Part shown: positions 48,372 to 61,448 of the stretch, piece by piece
How positions within the stretch are numbered: the stretch's first letter is position 1
How the letters are laid out: each line of letters starts with the position of its first letter
NCBI GenBank assembly: GCA_038496445.1
Contig: JALMLS010000179.1
Location: 434,001 to 498,000 of the forward strand
Length of the DNA: 64,000 nt
Reading direction: 5' to 3'
Source of the DNA: Trichosphaerium sp. ATCC 40318
Taxonomy: Eukaryota; Protista; Tubulinea
Translations under genes and position numbers: made by a program
Notes under the pieces: generated by a model
What the model was told of the DNA's origin: nothing
Seen by the model: only the letters and a program-made list of their open reading frames with translations
Databases searched by the model: none

Positions 48372-51300
48372 TCATGCGAACATTTTACCAAATGCTGACC
48401 TTTTCTTCTTTCTTTCTACTGCTGCATAGTGTTCTACACGTGCAAGGAGCTTTGGTACCTCTTTATTAGAAGGCTGAAGCTTTTTAGCTTTGACCAAATC
48501 CTTCTTTGCCAGTTTGTAATCTTTTGTCTGAAAGTAAGCTTGTGCGCGTCTGTAAAGTGCTTTGATATTCTTTCCATCAATCTCAAGTGCGCTAGTACCA
48601 TTTTCAATAACTTTTTGTGGTGCTTTAAGCTTCAAATAGCATGCTGATAGGTTAAGATGACAAGATAATTTTAAGGCCTTGACTGTTTCTTTCTCTTCAT
48701 CTGAAAGATTATCAAAATCTTTAAGAAGCGCCAAAGCTTGTGTGTATCTTCTCGATGCTCCAGGGAAATCAAGGTCAACCCATAGTTTATTACCTACAAA
48801 CAAAGGATTAAGCTCAAAGAAGACAAAATAACGAGAGGTTCAAGTAAAAAAGAATCTGTAAAACTTACCGTGTTGTTTTCTAGATTTTGCTAGTTTTAGT
48901 TTTTCTTGCTTCGATTTTGGTCTGTCCTACATTTTACGCCATTAGTGTATCTCGATAGCCGAGTATTAAATAATGAAAGATTGTATAGATACCTTTGATA
49001 ATGAAGCGACAGGTACATGTTCAGCTGCAGCGGCTGCAGCAATTTCTTTTTCAATTACAATCTCTTCTCGTCTTTTAAAAAGTTTTGGGACGAGCTCACG
49101 ACATTTTGTGTCAAATTCTGAGTATTTTGTCTTGTATGTATCTAAATCTACATCTTCATAATCTTCAAGCCAATAAGTAAGTGTTTTAATCTCCTCAAGG
49201 AACTCGTTCTTCTTTTCCTAAAAAATTCTCGTTTTAGTGGTTGGGTGTTTTACAGAGCAACTCGGGAGGACCGCATCAAACTGCGATCACTTTTCGCTCT
49301 TATAGATACGTACTGCATCATCAAAATACTGAGAGAACTTTGGGTCACTTGCATTATCCTTCAATTCAAAGGCGTATGTCTCGAGTTTGTTTTTCAACTG
49401 GTTTGTCTCTTCCAAGATTTTATCCAAAGCATCCATTTCTGCCTCCTCGGCAATACATGCCTACAAAAACATATAAATTAGCCTCAATAGCAACAAACAG
49501 AAAAAATTATGCAAGTAAAACTAAACGGACATAGTACCTCGCATTGCTCAACTGTAATGCCAGTTTTGTTTATCTCTTCCATTGTGTCTTCACGAACAAA
49601 TGTAACATTGTAGTCGAATCCAAAATTAGGAGTGCGAATAGCACCCAAAGATGCAGTACCCTGCGCAATAGCTAGAGAAGAATCTAAGGTATGTGACATA
49701 CGGGCCTGGTTAAACGATCTTGCAAGAACCTAGAGAAATTTTAAATTCAACCATGGCACAAAAAAAATTAAACAAAAATAAAAAGTGAGTTATCTCATAC
49801 GTTATCAACACATGGCATTCTTGTTCCTCCACCAATCGTTTCAACAAGGGTAATGTCCTCCTTTGGTACCGCACAAGCATCCAATAATTCCTTTACGCAC
49901 TTTTCAAGAGTTTCCAAGTGTCCCTTGCACATGGACTCTAAAGCAACTCTAAAAGAAAAATGTGAGTGGTTACTTAGTTTTTTTTTCAATGAATGCAATT
50001 TTAGACATATTTCAGTCTACTTCAACGTACTTCGTAATAGGGATAGTAATATCGCGCTCTGGTGTTGAAAAGACAAAATTGGTGCTGTTGATGGTACTAA
50101 GAACCTTTTTTGTTTTCTCACAAGCGACTTTGAGTCGTGACTGATATTTAACATTTGAGGAAACATCTACTTTATGTTTCTCTTTCAAAAGCGCTTCAAA
50201 ATGAGTATAAAGACATTTATCAAAATCACGACCACCAATAGCTGCAGAAGACTCTGCAATGACTTTAGCAGATCCTTGAGTAAGCTCTGCAACAGCCATG
50301 TTCGTAGAGGCATCACCCTATGACTAAAGTAAGCCTTATCCAACTAAAACCCAAAAAAAAAAGTGTAGATTCCGCGACATCTCTTACCACGTCAACAAAT
50401 CCGAAGACGCCCTTAAAGTCCTTGTTATCAGTAGGATGTTTTAATCCATATAATGCAACAACACTAGCAATTTCTGGTACAACATCAACCTAATAAACAT
50501 TAAGAAACCATAAAACAAGCAAAAAAAAACTTCGTACAACTTCCATTCCTGCGATCTTTGCACTGTCCAATAATGCCTTTGTTTGAGATTTAGAGAACCC
50601 CAATGGAACAGACAATACAACGTGGTTAACTGCAACGCCCATTTTGTCCGTTACAAATACTTGTAACCGCTTAAAGAGAATAGCCAATAATTGTTCTGGG
50701 CGCATTTTTTTTTCGTTACCACAGTACTTTACTGTTACAAGAGGGCGTCCATCGTCTATGTGGTTACTGTAAGCATGACGTATAGAATAAAATGTATTTT
50801 TATCTAAAAATACAATGCGTACCGCCTTTAGTTACTACAGCACCGAAAGTATCGTCTTTTACCTCATCATACGTCTTACCAATGAGTCTTTTTAGTGATG
50901 TGACGGAATTTAAGGGATCATAAGAGGCCTATTTGGTTGTTAATTAATTACGGCCTTACAAAAATACTCCTTCATACGCGAGATAGTGCATCGGCTCCAG
51001 CTAAGCGATATTAGAAAGGCGGGACAATAGTAAGTTGTTACGTGCTTAAAATGACGTACCCAAGCGTTGTTTGTTGTTGAAGCTTACAACAGATGGCGTG
51101 GTGTGTTTAGAAATGTTATTTGGAATAACCACAGGGATTGAGCCTGATTCAGATGCGACGGCCAAACTAACACTCTGGTTGCCAAAGTCAATACCCAACA
51201 AGTGTGGGAATGCAGGCTTTGGTTTTTCTTGAGTTGGCTTTTTCTTTGCGCCCTCAATATCGTCCATAGTATTATCTACTTCCTCTACGTTGCTTTCCGC

Positions 51301-51393
51301 GGTTGTAGGCACAGAACCGTCCTTAACCTGTAGGACGTCAGCTACGGAGCATTGCTAACGAGTGTAATGCACCTCCTTGTTCTCAGAGCTCAT
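48372..51393 (-). CDS. Hsp110/Hsp70-type ATPase domain + helical lid fused to a C-terminal TPR domain
   Basis: LGIDFGN, TPSVVSF, IGGRDFD and GGGTRMP (nucleotide-binding domain); KNKLETYAFELK (lid); CHLNLSACYLKL..KALYRRAQAY (Cyp40/FKBP-type TPR). Confidence 0.88.
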
Positions 51394-51818
51394 GCTTTGT
51401 GTTGTGGATGCTAGTTAACTAAACAGAAAAATTGGTAAGATGAGTTCAAACAAAATAGACCGACTTTGATCGGTAGTTGTTATTTATACGCGCTGAGGAC
51501 TGCTTTGGAGAGAAAGCTTCAAGTGTCAAAATCAAAGACCCACACATGTTGACGTCCAATATACGCTTGCACGCCATCATAGAACACATAGTAACGTAGT
51601 ACACTTCAAATGTATCAGAATTCGCTCAAAACCACAACTTTGTCTGTGGCTGCCAAACGACTCTAAGTGTAATACCTACGCTTATTGGAGCATTAAAAAT
51701 AGCTGTCCAGCAAGTAGTAAAGCGCAAAAAACGGTAATTTTCATTCAGTTTTCAAGCTAATATTTTTCCACAGGTTTTCTTTTTGTACAAACACTAGGGC
51801 ACTGAAACACACGTTACT

Positions 51819-54198
51819 ATGTCTCAATTTTTGGTACGAAAGCGCGTTTAGACGCTTATAAACCGCAACAGGTAACTTACACTCGCTTTTTAGAATCCAG
51901 GCATTATTCTATTGAAAGAAGGCACTGAGCAGCTTCAAGGCATACCTCACGTCGTCGGAAACATAAATGCATGTGAGGCACTTGTAGATACGATAAAAAC
52001 GACTCTCGGTCCATGTGGGATGGATAAATTGATATACGGACAAAATAACGACGTAACCATTTCAAACGATGGCGCTACAATCATGAAAAAGCTTGATATT
52101 GTTCACCCAGCCGCTAAGACCCTAGTTGAGATTGCAAAGTCCCAAGACGACGAGGTACGCCACCAAATAATTTATTTATGCTGTCAAAAGCGTCTTTGGC
52201 ACTGCTACAGAAAATTTTCGTTGTTGCGCCAAATTCTTTCGCAGGACCACAAATTTTTTGTACCTAAACATCTCTTTAGGTTGGCGATGGTACCACGTCC
52301 GTCGTTATCATTGCAGGTAAATATGACACGAGCTGAAACGCCGCTAAACTTTTTTTTAAAGGCTCTTTGTTGTCCAACATCAAAAAATTCTTGGAGGATA
52401 AAATGTCACCACAAGTTATCATTCGCGCATACAGAAAGGCTTGTGATCTCGCGAAAAAAAGAATTAAAGAGTTGGCTGTACCAATCGACAAAAAAGACCC
52501 AAAGTACGTTTCCTGGCGCTTATTAGAACCTCCTCGTAGCGTCATATCGCTGAGTAGTCGCTAAAACGAAAATAATTGTTCACGATTCACCTCTGATGCG
52601 CTTTCACCAGGAAATTCAGAGAGATGTTGATTAATTGCGCTGCAACTGCTCTAAACTCCAAACTTGTTTCTACTCAACGTGAATTTTTTGCCGAAATGAT
52701 TGTTGACGCCGTAATGAAGCTTGGTGTCGATTTGGACCTTGACATGGTCGGTGTCAAAAAAGAGACTGGTGGTTCCCTCACAGTACGCGAAAAAGGCTGC
52801 TACAACGTTCTGATAATTAATATTTTTTAAACAGGACTCTTTCCTTGTAGACGGTGTTGCGTTTAAAAAGACATTCGCATACGCTGGTTTTGAAGGTAAG
52901 GAAATGACTATTTATTAATTCAGGCGTTTACTTCTATCTAGAGCAACCAAAACAATTCAAAGACCCAAAAATCTTGTTGCTTAATGTTGAACTTGAGCTA
53001 AAGAACGAGAAGGATAACGCTCGTGTTGAAATCGAAAACCCAGAAGTACGTTTTTTGGATTTTTCTTTTTTTTTTATTTTATCAAGTGAATTGAGGTGTT
53101 TTTGCTTACTGGTGCTCTTATAGGACTACCAAGATATTGTTAACGCTGAATGGGAAATTATCTACGAGAAATTAGATAACTGCATCAAGAGCGGCGCTCA
53201 AATTGTTCTCTCCAGACTCGCTATTGGTGATTTGGCTACTCAATACTTTGCTGATCGTGGCGTTTTCTGTGCTGGACGTGTACCTGCTGAGGATCTCAAA
53301 CGTGTGTCTAAAGCTACTGGTGGTAAAATCCAGGCTACATGCAACAATATTCCTAAGGATGGTACGTTAAAATGATCTTGAAGCTAAAGTTTTGAAGAAT
53401 TTTTTTCTTTTTGAGTTTCACCGTCTTATATCTTTGTAGCTATGGGTACCTGTGGTTTATTTGAAGAGCGTCAAGTTGGTAAAGAGCGATACAACATCTT
53501 TACTGAGGCTCCTGAATCTAAAACAGCCACACTAGTCCTCAGAGGTACTTTTTTTTTTGAACAGAAATTAAATATTAAAAATGTTGCAAATCTAACATGG
53601 TAACAGGCGGTGGTGAAGAGTTTGTTGAAGAGGCTGCTAGGTCTCTACATGATTCCATCATGGTTGTCCGTCGTGCTGTAAAGCACAGTGACGTTGTAGC
53701 CGGTGGTGGTGCCATCGAGATGGAAATCTCTAAATACCTTTTGGAATACGCACTTACCCTCAAGGATAAACAACAATTGATTATTGCTGAGTTCGGTCAA
53801 GCTCTTGAAGCTATTCCTCGCCAACTTGCAATCAACTCAGGATACGACTCCACACTCATCATGAACCATTTGAGAAAGAAGCACCAAGAACCTGGTACGT
53901 CTAACCAACGCTTTCAAATGTACAAAAACAGGTGTACTAACGGTTATAAATGTTTAGAAGGTCAATGGTTCGGTGTTGATGTAAACAAAGGGTTTATCGC
54001 CGATATGTACAAAGATTTCGTGTGGGAACCTGCTCTCATTAGATTAAACGCTATAACTGCCGCTACAGAGGTTCGTCTACAAATTTTTTGTTCATCAAAT
54101 ATTCTTAGTTTTCGATTATTTATGTTTGTATTTAGGCCGCATGTGTCATTCTTTCAATTGACCAGACCGTAAAGTCCCAACCAAAACAACAACAGTAA
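51819..54198 (+). CDS. CCT7: T-complex protein 1 subunit eta
   Basis: [15 protein letters not shown], TTLGPxGMDKLI, [24 protein letters not shown] and VWEP motifs. Confidence 0.95.
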
Positions 54199-54386
54199 TT
54201 ATAAAAAAAAATAATGCTCGTAAACAGTCTAGTTTGTTCAGTCTAATTTGGTCTTGTGATTCTTATGTTGTAAGTGTACAAGTTTACTTAGCGAAAAAGA
54301 GTACCGAAAAATTTTTAGCTGTTGAAAAAACCATGAATTTTCTATTCTTGTTGTACCGTCAATTGTACTCAAAGCTACGCATCAAC

Positions 54387-57276
54387 ATGGGCGCTATCAT
54401 CAGCTATTTCTATAGCCTTGTATTTCCAGTATTCAAACCGCCAGTAGATGGTTAGCATAAAAATACCTTAACCATGTACTAATATTGCTATAGATGATAC
54501 ACCAGACAGCGATAACAAAACCAGTGATGTACGTATTTGACAGGCCTATTTCTAGAACCGTACGTTAACAAGCGCTGCAGGAGCCTACTACTACGCCTAA
54601 AACTACGCCAAAAAGCACCGACGACAAACCCTCCAAACCCAACGAAGGGAAAAACGACGAGCCAACGCGAGACCCTGTTACACCTGCTAGTATGTTCGAT
54701 TTAAAGCGCGATTTTGTTTGTTTAGTTAGTACTCACTCACACTTACAGAAACAGACAAGAATGAGACAGCGCCAGCACCAGAGAAAACGTACGCCATTTT
54801 TGCATCAAAAAACTAAAAATTAGATTCAAAATAGCCTTTCTGTTCCTAATTCGTCTTAGTAAACCAATACCATCTACAGCAGTAAACGCTGAAGAGAAGA
54901 AACCAAAAGTAGACGAGTACGCATTATTTTTTCGCCAATTGTATTAAAACTATCAAACTTCGCAAAGTCTTCAAATCACGTCTAGTTTAAACCGGTGCTC
55001 GCATTCCTATCAATTATAACTCACGATCATTGTTTTTGTTTTCGAACCGTCATCGACTAATTTCGGCCTCTAGATCCCAGTCTAAAGAAGATACTACACC
55101 TAAAGTAACACAAGAAACAACAACCAAGCCACAAGCTGAACCTAAACCTGAAATTATCCCAAAACACGTAGATGAGGAAGAAATTCTTCAAAAAGTCCTA
55201 GACACTGAAATTCCTAAAGATGAACCTACTACTATCGCAGCCGCTCAAATCAAACCTGATGTTCTATTAACTCAACCTGCAGTATTAATTGCTTCTCTAC
55301 CTGTCACAATAGCCGAAGAAGACATACTCACAACTGCTCCATGTGTTCTAGAGTCTGATTCTCTTGCTACAATACCTTCATTCGTATTTGAACAAGATAT
55401 TGAAGAAGAAGAGCCTGTTCTAGCATCAAAAGCACCTCCTCAAGTTGAAGAACCATCAAAAGTCGCGCCAGCACCTCTTAAAGAAGAAAAAGCGTCCGTA
55501 GAAGTACAGAAAGACGTTCAACCTATTGTCGTGTCTGAACCTAAAAAAGAAGAACCTGCAAAACCAAAAATCGTACATGGACCACCATCTACTGTACAAC
55601 ACGTACTCTACTACAACGCCCTCAAATCTCAGAAATTTCCTGTATTGAAGGAACCAAAAAAAGTAGAAGAACCAAAGAAAGCTCCTACACCAGAACCTGT
55701 TGAAAAGAAGGAAGATATCAAACCTGCCTCTGAACCAGTAAAAGAACCTGAAGTAGAAGCGAAGAAACCAGAAGATACAAAACCAGTAGTCAAGCCTTCA
55801 ACAGTACAACATGTTCTATACTACAGCGCGATCGCATCCACAAAATTCCCTAACGCTCCTGTGACCGAGAATAAGGTTCTAACAGACCTTGCTGATGCGC
55901 TTGCTGAGAAGTCAGCAACTCCTGAAAAGAATGAGGTATTGACAGATCTTGCTGATGCTCTTGCCGAGAAGTCTGCTGCTCCCGACACGACGGTTACAGA
56001 GAAGGCTGGAAAGCCTTCTACAGTCCAACATATAACATACTACAACGCACTTAAATCTCAAAAGTTCCCTCAAGCTGTTGCGAAGAAAGAAGTCGTCGAA
56101 GAACCTAAAGTGGAACCAGTCGCAGAAGTATCAGAGGTAGAACCTGTTGTATCAACTCCAGCACCTCAAGCTGCAGTCGAGGAACCAAAACAAGCTGTCG
56201 AAGAAGTAAAACAAACTCCTGCAGTAGCTCCACCATCAACAGTACAACATGTACTCTATTACAGCTCAACTGCTTCAGCGAAGTTCCCAGCTGAAAATAT
56301 GAAGACTGAAGAACCAAAGGACACACTCGCCCCTGCAGTAGTTGCCCCTGTAGAATCCCCTGTAGCAGTTGTCGCGCCTGTTGAAGCGCCTGTGGCCATT
56401 GCAGCTGTCGCAGCCGAATCAGAAGTCCTCGCTTCAATTCCAACACCAGAACCAGCAGTTGAAGAACAAAAGAAGCCAGAAGAAAAATCACCTGTCGATG
56501 TTCCACCATCAACAGTCCAACACGTACTCTACTACAGCTCCACGTCATCAGCGAAATTCCCTGCTGAAACGATGGAAACCCCAACCACTCCAGATGTTGT
56601 AGATACAATAGAACAGCCTAAAGAAGATGTTATTGTTCCAGTATCACAACCGGCAACGGTTGCTCCAGTAGAGGAGTTAAAGGCTGCAGTTGTATCTCAA
56701 GATGTTGACAAACTCGCTGCTAGCCCAAGCGCCGAACCTGAAGAACCTGTACAAGAAAAGCAGGCACCACCTAGTACAGTCCAACATGTTGCATACTACA
56801 ACGCTCTCAAATCCGTCAAGTATCCAACTGCTCCAGAACCAGAGACAAAATCCCAAGAGGCAAAGAAACCTGTGACTGAAACAGTTGCTTCTCAAGCACC
56901 TCCAGCAGTTGATGATCTAGTCAAACCCGTTGAAGAGAAAACAGTTCCAGTTATCACAGAAGAAACAAAAGAATCGAACAAGGATAATCAAGATACACGC
57001 GTGTCTACCGTTCAACATACAGTGTATTACGGTGTTACCTCAGCTGCAAAGTTCAAGAACGTTGAAGAGCAAAATACAAAGAAAGAACCAAGCCCAAAAG
57101 CGATTGAAACAAAAGCGCCTGAAACAAAAGTAGCAGCTCCTCCTCAAGAGCAAGCTTCTAACCCAGTTGTTATTTCGAAACCTTCGAAGGCACAACTATT
57201 GAATATATGGGGTAAAGGAGACTCTATAATTGCGCCAGTAACCGCACCAAAGTTGGTTCCTCTTGATATGTGGTGA
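54387..57276 (+). CDS. Acidic, Pro/Glu-rich disordered protein with seven PSTVQHxxYY..KFP repeats
   Basis: MGAIIS start, several short 5' exons and a long last exon (ORF 55030-57276). Confidence 0.85.
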
Positions 57277-58098
57277 TAGATTATCTGGAGAAAAAAAAAA
57301 ATAGAAACCCGAAACCAATTAACCCTGTAACTCTTACTTCAAAAAAAAATAATAAAATGTACTTGTTCTCACTATACTTTAGTCTTTATTAATGTTTACA
57401 TTTCTTTGAGCGTAAAAAGGATTTTCCTTGTAATTTTTCGAGTTTGTCAACATCTTGAGATACAGCTGCAGCTTTAGCTTGTAGGCGTGCTTGTTTGAAT
57501 CAAAAACATAGACTGGGTGTCTTTCTGTGGTTGGTTATGTTTTGGTGATGTTGAGCATTTACCTATTTGCTGACGTAATAACTACCTGGGTAACTGACCA
57601 CGTGAAGAACAAACAACCGTTCCCAAATATTTATTGTTTTTCAAAGTATTTTGTCCCATTCCACATGTACACTTTTTTCCGTTCTATATCAACTATGTTT
57701 ACCCATGGAATTTTCTCAACGAAAGGAACAAGAGAAACAGATGAAGTGAAGAACTTTTTGCCACGTTATCTGAATGTGATTCATGTTGGTTCGGGTAAAC
57801 GTTTTAACACACTTTCTTTAGTTTGACAGTAAAGGTGAATGTTGTAGCTTTGCAAGTTTAAGGATAACCAATCATTTTACTACAATTTTTTTACATAAAC
57901 CCGATCCAGCCTTCGGGTACCTGTATTTTCGAATTACTAATAGTAATTGTCCAAACATTCATCGTAAACGCGTAGTATGATACTAGTACGTAAGAACAGA
58001 CGCCAAATTAGACAAAGGGTGCTAGTGACATAAGTCAAACTCGGGTCTTTTTAGGAAAACGACGAAATTTCCATGTTGAAATTAGAAAGTAAAAACCC

Positions 58099-60143
58099 AT
58101 GTCAACAACATACGAACAACAAGAATTACCTAAATACGAGCTTCTTGAGCTTGGAGATGGCGATCAATCCACCGATTTGACACTATCTGGAATACGAGGC
58201 TGTGGGCTTGCTGCCAAAGACATTGGAGGTATGTAGGGAGGCTAACAGAGCGTTTACTACGCTTTTTTATAGAAATAGGACGTTTTGTTAATTCTATTTT
58301 CAGGCACTTCCGATCCTTACGTTAAGTTTTGGATTATTGACAAGGTACGTACTAGAATTTGAGGCGTTTAAAATTTATTTCCTGATCAACCACTCCCTTG
58401 AGGTGCTAATGTGGGTTCTCTTAATGTAGAATAAAGCTGATGAGCCGATAAACCTTAAAAAAATGTCAAGTGATATCGAGGTTTCTGGACAAACAAAGTA
58501 TATTAAGAAAACTCTCGATCCTGTGTGGAACAATCACTATACATTTACTATGAACAAGGCAATAACAAACAAAGTATTTAAACTAGAGTGCTGGTACGTA
58601 ACAATGTTGGAGAAAAAAAATCGTATTGAAGAAAAAAAAGCACCTCGTTTTTTATCACTAGTTGCACGTGTTTGTCTTTGTTTTACATAAAATATTTTTT
58701 ACTTTGTATTATAGTAATAATGTTTGAAAAGGGATAAGGATAAGTTCTCTTCAGATGATTATATGGGTGAAGCAATCCTTGACATTTCAGAGTTTATCAA
58801 AGAACGTTTTGAAAAATTTGATACCTACTCAAATTTGCATGGAGCTCTATCTGGTGGCCATCGACCACCTCCTGTAGTACTCGAGTTAGTTCCGCGTACG
58901 GGATACAAAGGAGAAGTATGTGGAACGATAAGCATTGACTTTCACATTGACATCACGGCGTACAACAAAGCGGCTGTCAAAGAAAGGACGACTATAGCGA
59001 AGAATCTTCAGCTGAAAAATGAAGCAAGAAAGAAGGAACAAGAGCGTCTCAAACAAATCGAAAAAGAAAAACTTGATAAAAAAAAGAAGAAACAAGAAAG
59101 AGTTTTTAATGAATCCTTTGAAGCTGAAAAGAAGAACTTAGATGAAGCATTAGAAAAAGTAAATGAACAAGAAGACTTGTCTTCATTCGACATTAAGTCT
59201 TTAATACCAAAGAAATGTTCATCTAAAGTACGTGCCAAGCTTGTTAAGGATAACTTCAAAAGGATCATTATCAGATTTAAAGACCCTGTCATTGAAGAAT
59301 GCAAAAAGAATAAAGAGGAAGAGAAAATTTGTAAACTTGTGAAGTCGTTCATCAAGTTTTTGACTTCCGATATTAAAGACAATGGTAAAGAGCTCAAAGA
59401 CGTCATCACATCTGAAGACATCGATATTATCATCCAAACTAAGGCCATAGAACTATATGAAAAGAAGATAATATCACGTGCCATGAAATCAAACGGTGTA
59501 GCTCTTGGCGCTCCAACAGAAGAGTTTTTGAAGTCTATATTATGGCCAGGACAGATTGGAGATACGGGTGCTGCTAAAATCAACAGCTGGACTAAAGCTT
59601 CGCCTCCAAGTAACTTCGACTTGGAAGTTACAATCAGCAACTTGACCCATCAGTTTAAACTGATAACAGAATTCCAACAAGAACATGCTGATGTTCTTAA
59701 AAAATGGGGATCTTTCATGATGGCTCTTGACCTCAAATTGCAGACAAAGACAGCTGATATGTTTGCTTCTTGTCCAGAAAGGGCGTGGTCTACGTTTGCT
59801 GAACTTGTTTATAATCTGATACATGGTCCAGCTAAGATACATCAACAAGAGGTTCTCAAAAAGTACGTGTTGTTTCTAACTTTTTGTTGAAATCCCATTT
59901 TTTCCTCTCTTTTTAGTCTTCCGTTGTTTCTAATTTTTTATTTTTGTTAGGTTCTTTACTGGTAGGGATGGATATCTTTTAGTGTCAGGCATAGGCCAAA
60001 ATATTCGTAACATGCGCGTGTTGGAACCTGAGAAGAATGTGCACACTTTTAAGTTACTTTATGCTACATATTTTGAATATCTTTCAATACTGTTAAACGG
60101 AAACTTGTATTGTATGATATGCTTTATTCTTTGGATAACTTGA
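58099..60143 (+). CDS. C2-domain protein with coiled-coil and helical C-terminal region
   Basis: GLAAKDIGGTSDPYV, TKYIKKTLDPVWN and WDKDKFSSDDYMG; 3' end uncertain. Confidence 0.82.
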
Positions 60144-60192
60144 CTTTCACAAGCACTTCATGGTGGTGTAAAAGGAGGATATTACATTATTC

Positions 60193-60748
60193 TCACCTTA
60201 AAACAAACTTGACAGTACAGTTGTCGCCTCCTCCTTGGATTACCAAAACGGTGGATGGCTCGGCTTGACTGTGATTGGATCCAGAATAAGGATTTGAAGT
60301 TGTTAGAACATACTCTTTTCCTGTTTTCACATCCTTGTACCACGCTTTGGCGAGAGTCACACCAGTCATGAATCCATTACTTTCGCATCCGTAAGCTTCT
60401 TCAGTGTTTGACTTGATATCAGAAGGAGGAAGAATCGAGCTACTCCACACACCTAGAAGTGTAAGAAATGTCGAAGATTGCGTTTTGTAGTTTGTACCTG
60501 AGCCACCTGAGTTATCTTTTGGTTGGGGCGCTTTCACAAGCGTGAGATCGTTTCCTGTCTTATTAACGACAATAACATCAATACTTCGGGTAGCTCTACC
60601 ATCTCCAAACAGGTTTTTCTTTAACCTATCCATGAGAGTAGTGCCAATATCGACGGCTATTTAACACGTGCTGTTAGTGTAATAATTTAATAGTTTTGGC
60701 GTTACCTTGCTCAGTCGCGAATGCTATTGCTGCTGCTTTAAATGCCAT
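60193..60748 (-). CDS. Aegerolysin/Cry34-like beta-sandwich pore-forming toxin family protein
   Basis: RSIDVIVVNKT, GVW...PPSDI, CESNGFMTG and SNPYSGSN; two introns. Confidence 0.72.
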
Positions 60749-60967
60749 TTATTTCAAATTGATGAGGTGCTTTGTTGGTTGTTGTGGTTATATTATGATA
60801 CCTTCAAAAAGTTCACAAGAAAAACGGAAGTGAAGTGTTTAACTGAAAAACAAGCGGTTTTTTGGTACAGTATGATGTAGCCTTGTAATAGTGTTTAAAA
60901 AACACAGGTTTGTCAAGTATTACATTGTTGAAAGGTGACGTGAGAGGCAACTAAAAAAGAACGCTAC

Positions 60968-61404
60968 TGACAAGTGACATGTGAACTTAAAAATAAAATG
61001 ATGACTTTTTATCAAAACGTAGTATTACCAATATCACGTGCATTCAAAATACATCTACTTGGAATGTACAAAAGTTTGTAGTTTATAAAACGAATTCTTT
61101 TTAAAACGAAACCTGGATTGCTCTAGAAATACCGCCAAAAGCTTCAATCCAATCTCGCAGTTTTTTTTGTTTGAAAGAAAACTACAAACAATTTGATACA
61201 AAGGACAATAGCTGTGTGTACCAGACAGTTCATGATTTAGAACGCCATTATTACAGGTTCTAGATAAGTGCTTGACGTATCTTGTAACTATCCAGAATAA
61301 TACTACATATCTTCTCTATTTGAATGCACGTGACATTGGTAAGGTAATACTACGTTTTGATAAAAAGTCATCATTTCATGGTCAAGTTCTCATGTCACTT
61401 GTCA
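60968..61404. repeat. ~85-bp inverted repeat pair with ~270-bp spacer
   Basis: 60968-61048 is the reverse complement of 61319-61404 (TGACAAGTGACATG..AAATGATGACTTTTTATCAAAACGTAGTATTACC..TCACGTGCATTCAAA). Confidence 0.9.
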
Positions 61405-61448
61405 ACAAGGTGTTGTTTACAATAATAGTTTATTATCACGATTAAACA

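Noticed and set aside
56105-56608. Long antisense ORFs (also 47396-47887 and 59008-59640)
   Set aside because: Shadows of strongly supported sense-strand coding regions.
57527-57826. 99-aa GTG-start ORF in the intergenic gap
   Set aside because: No recognisable motif and no convincing start or splice structure.
60988-60994. Box C (ATGATGA) in each inverted-repeat arm
   Set aside because: No CTGA box D at a suitable distance on either arm.
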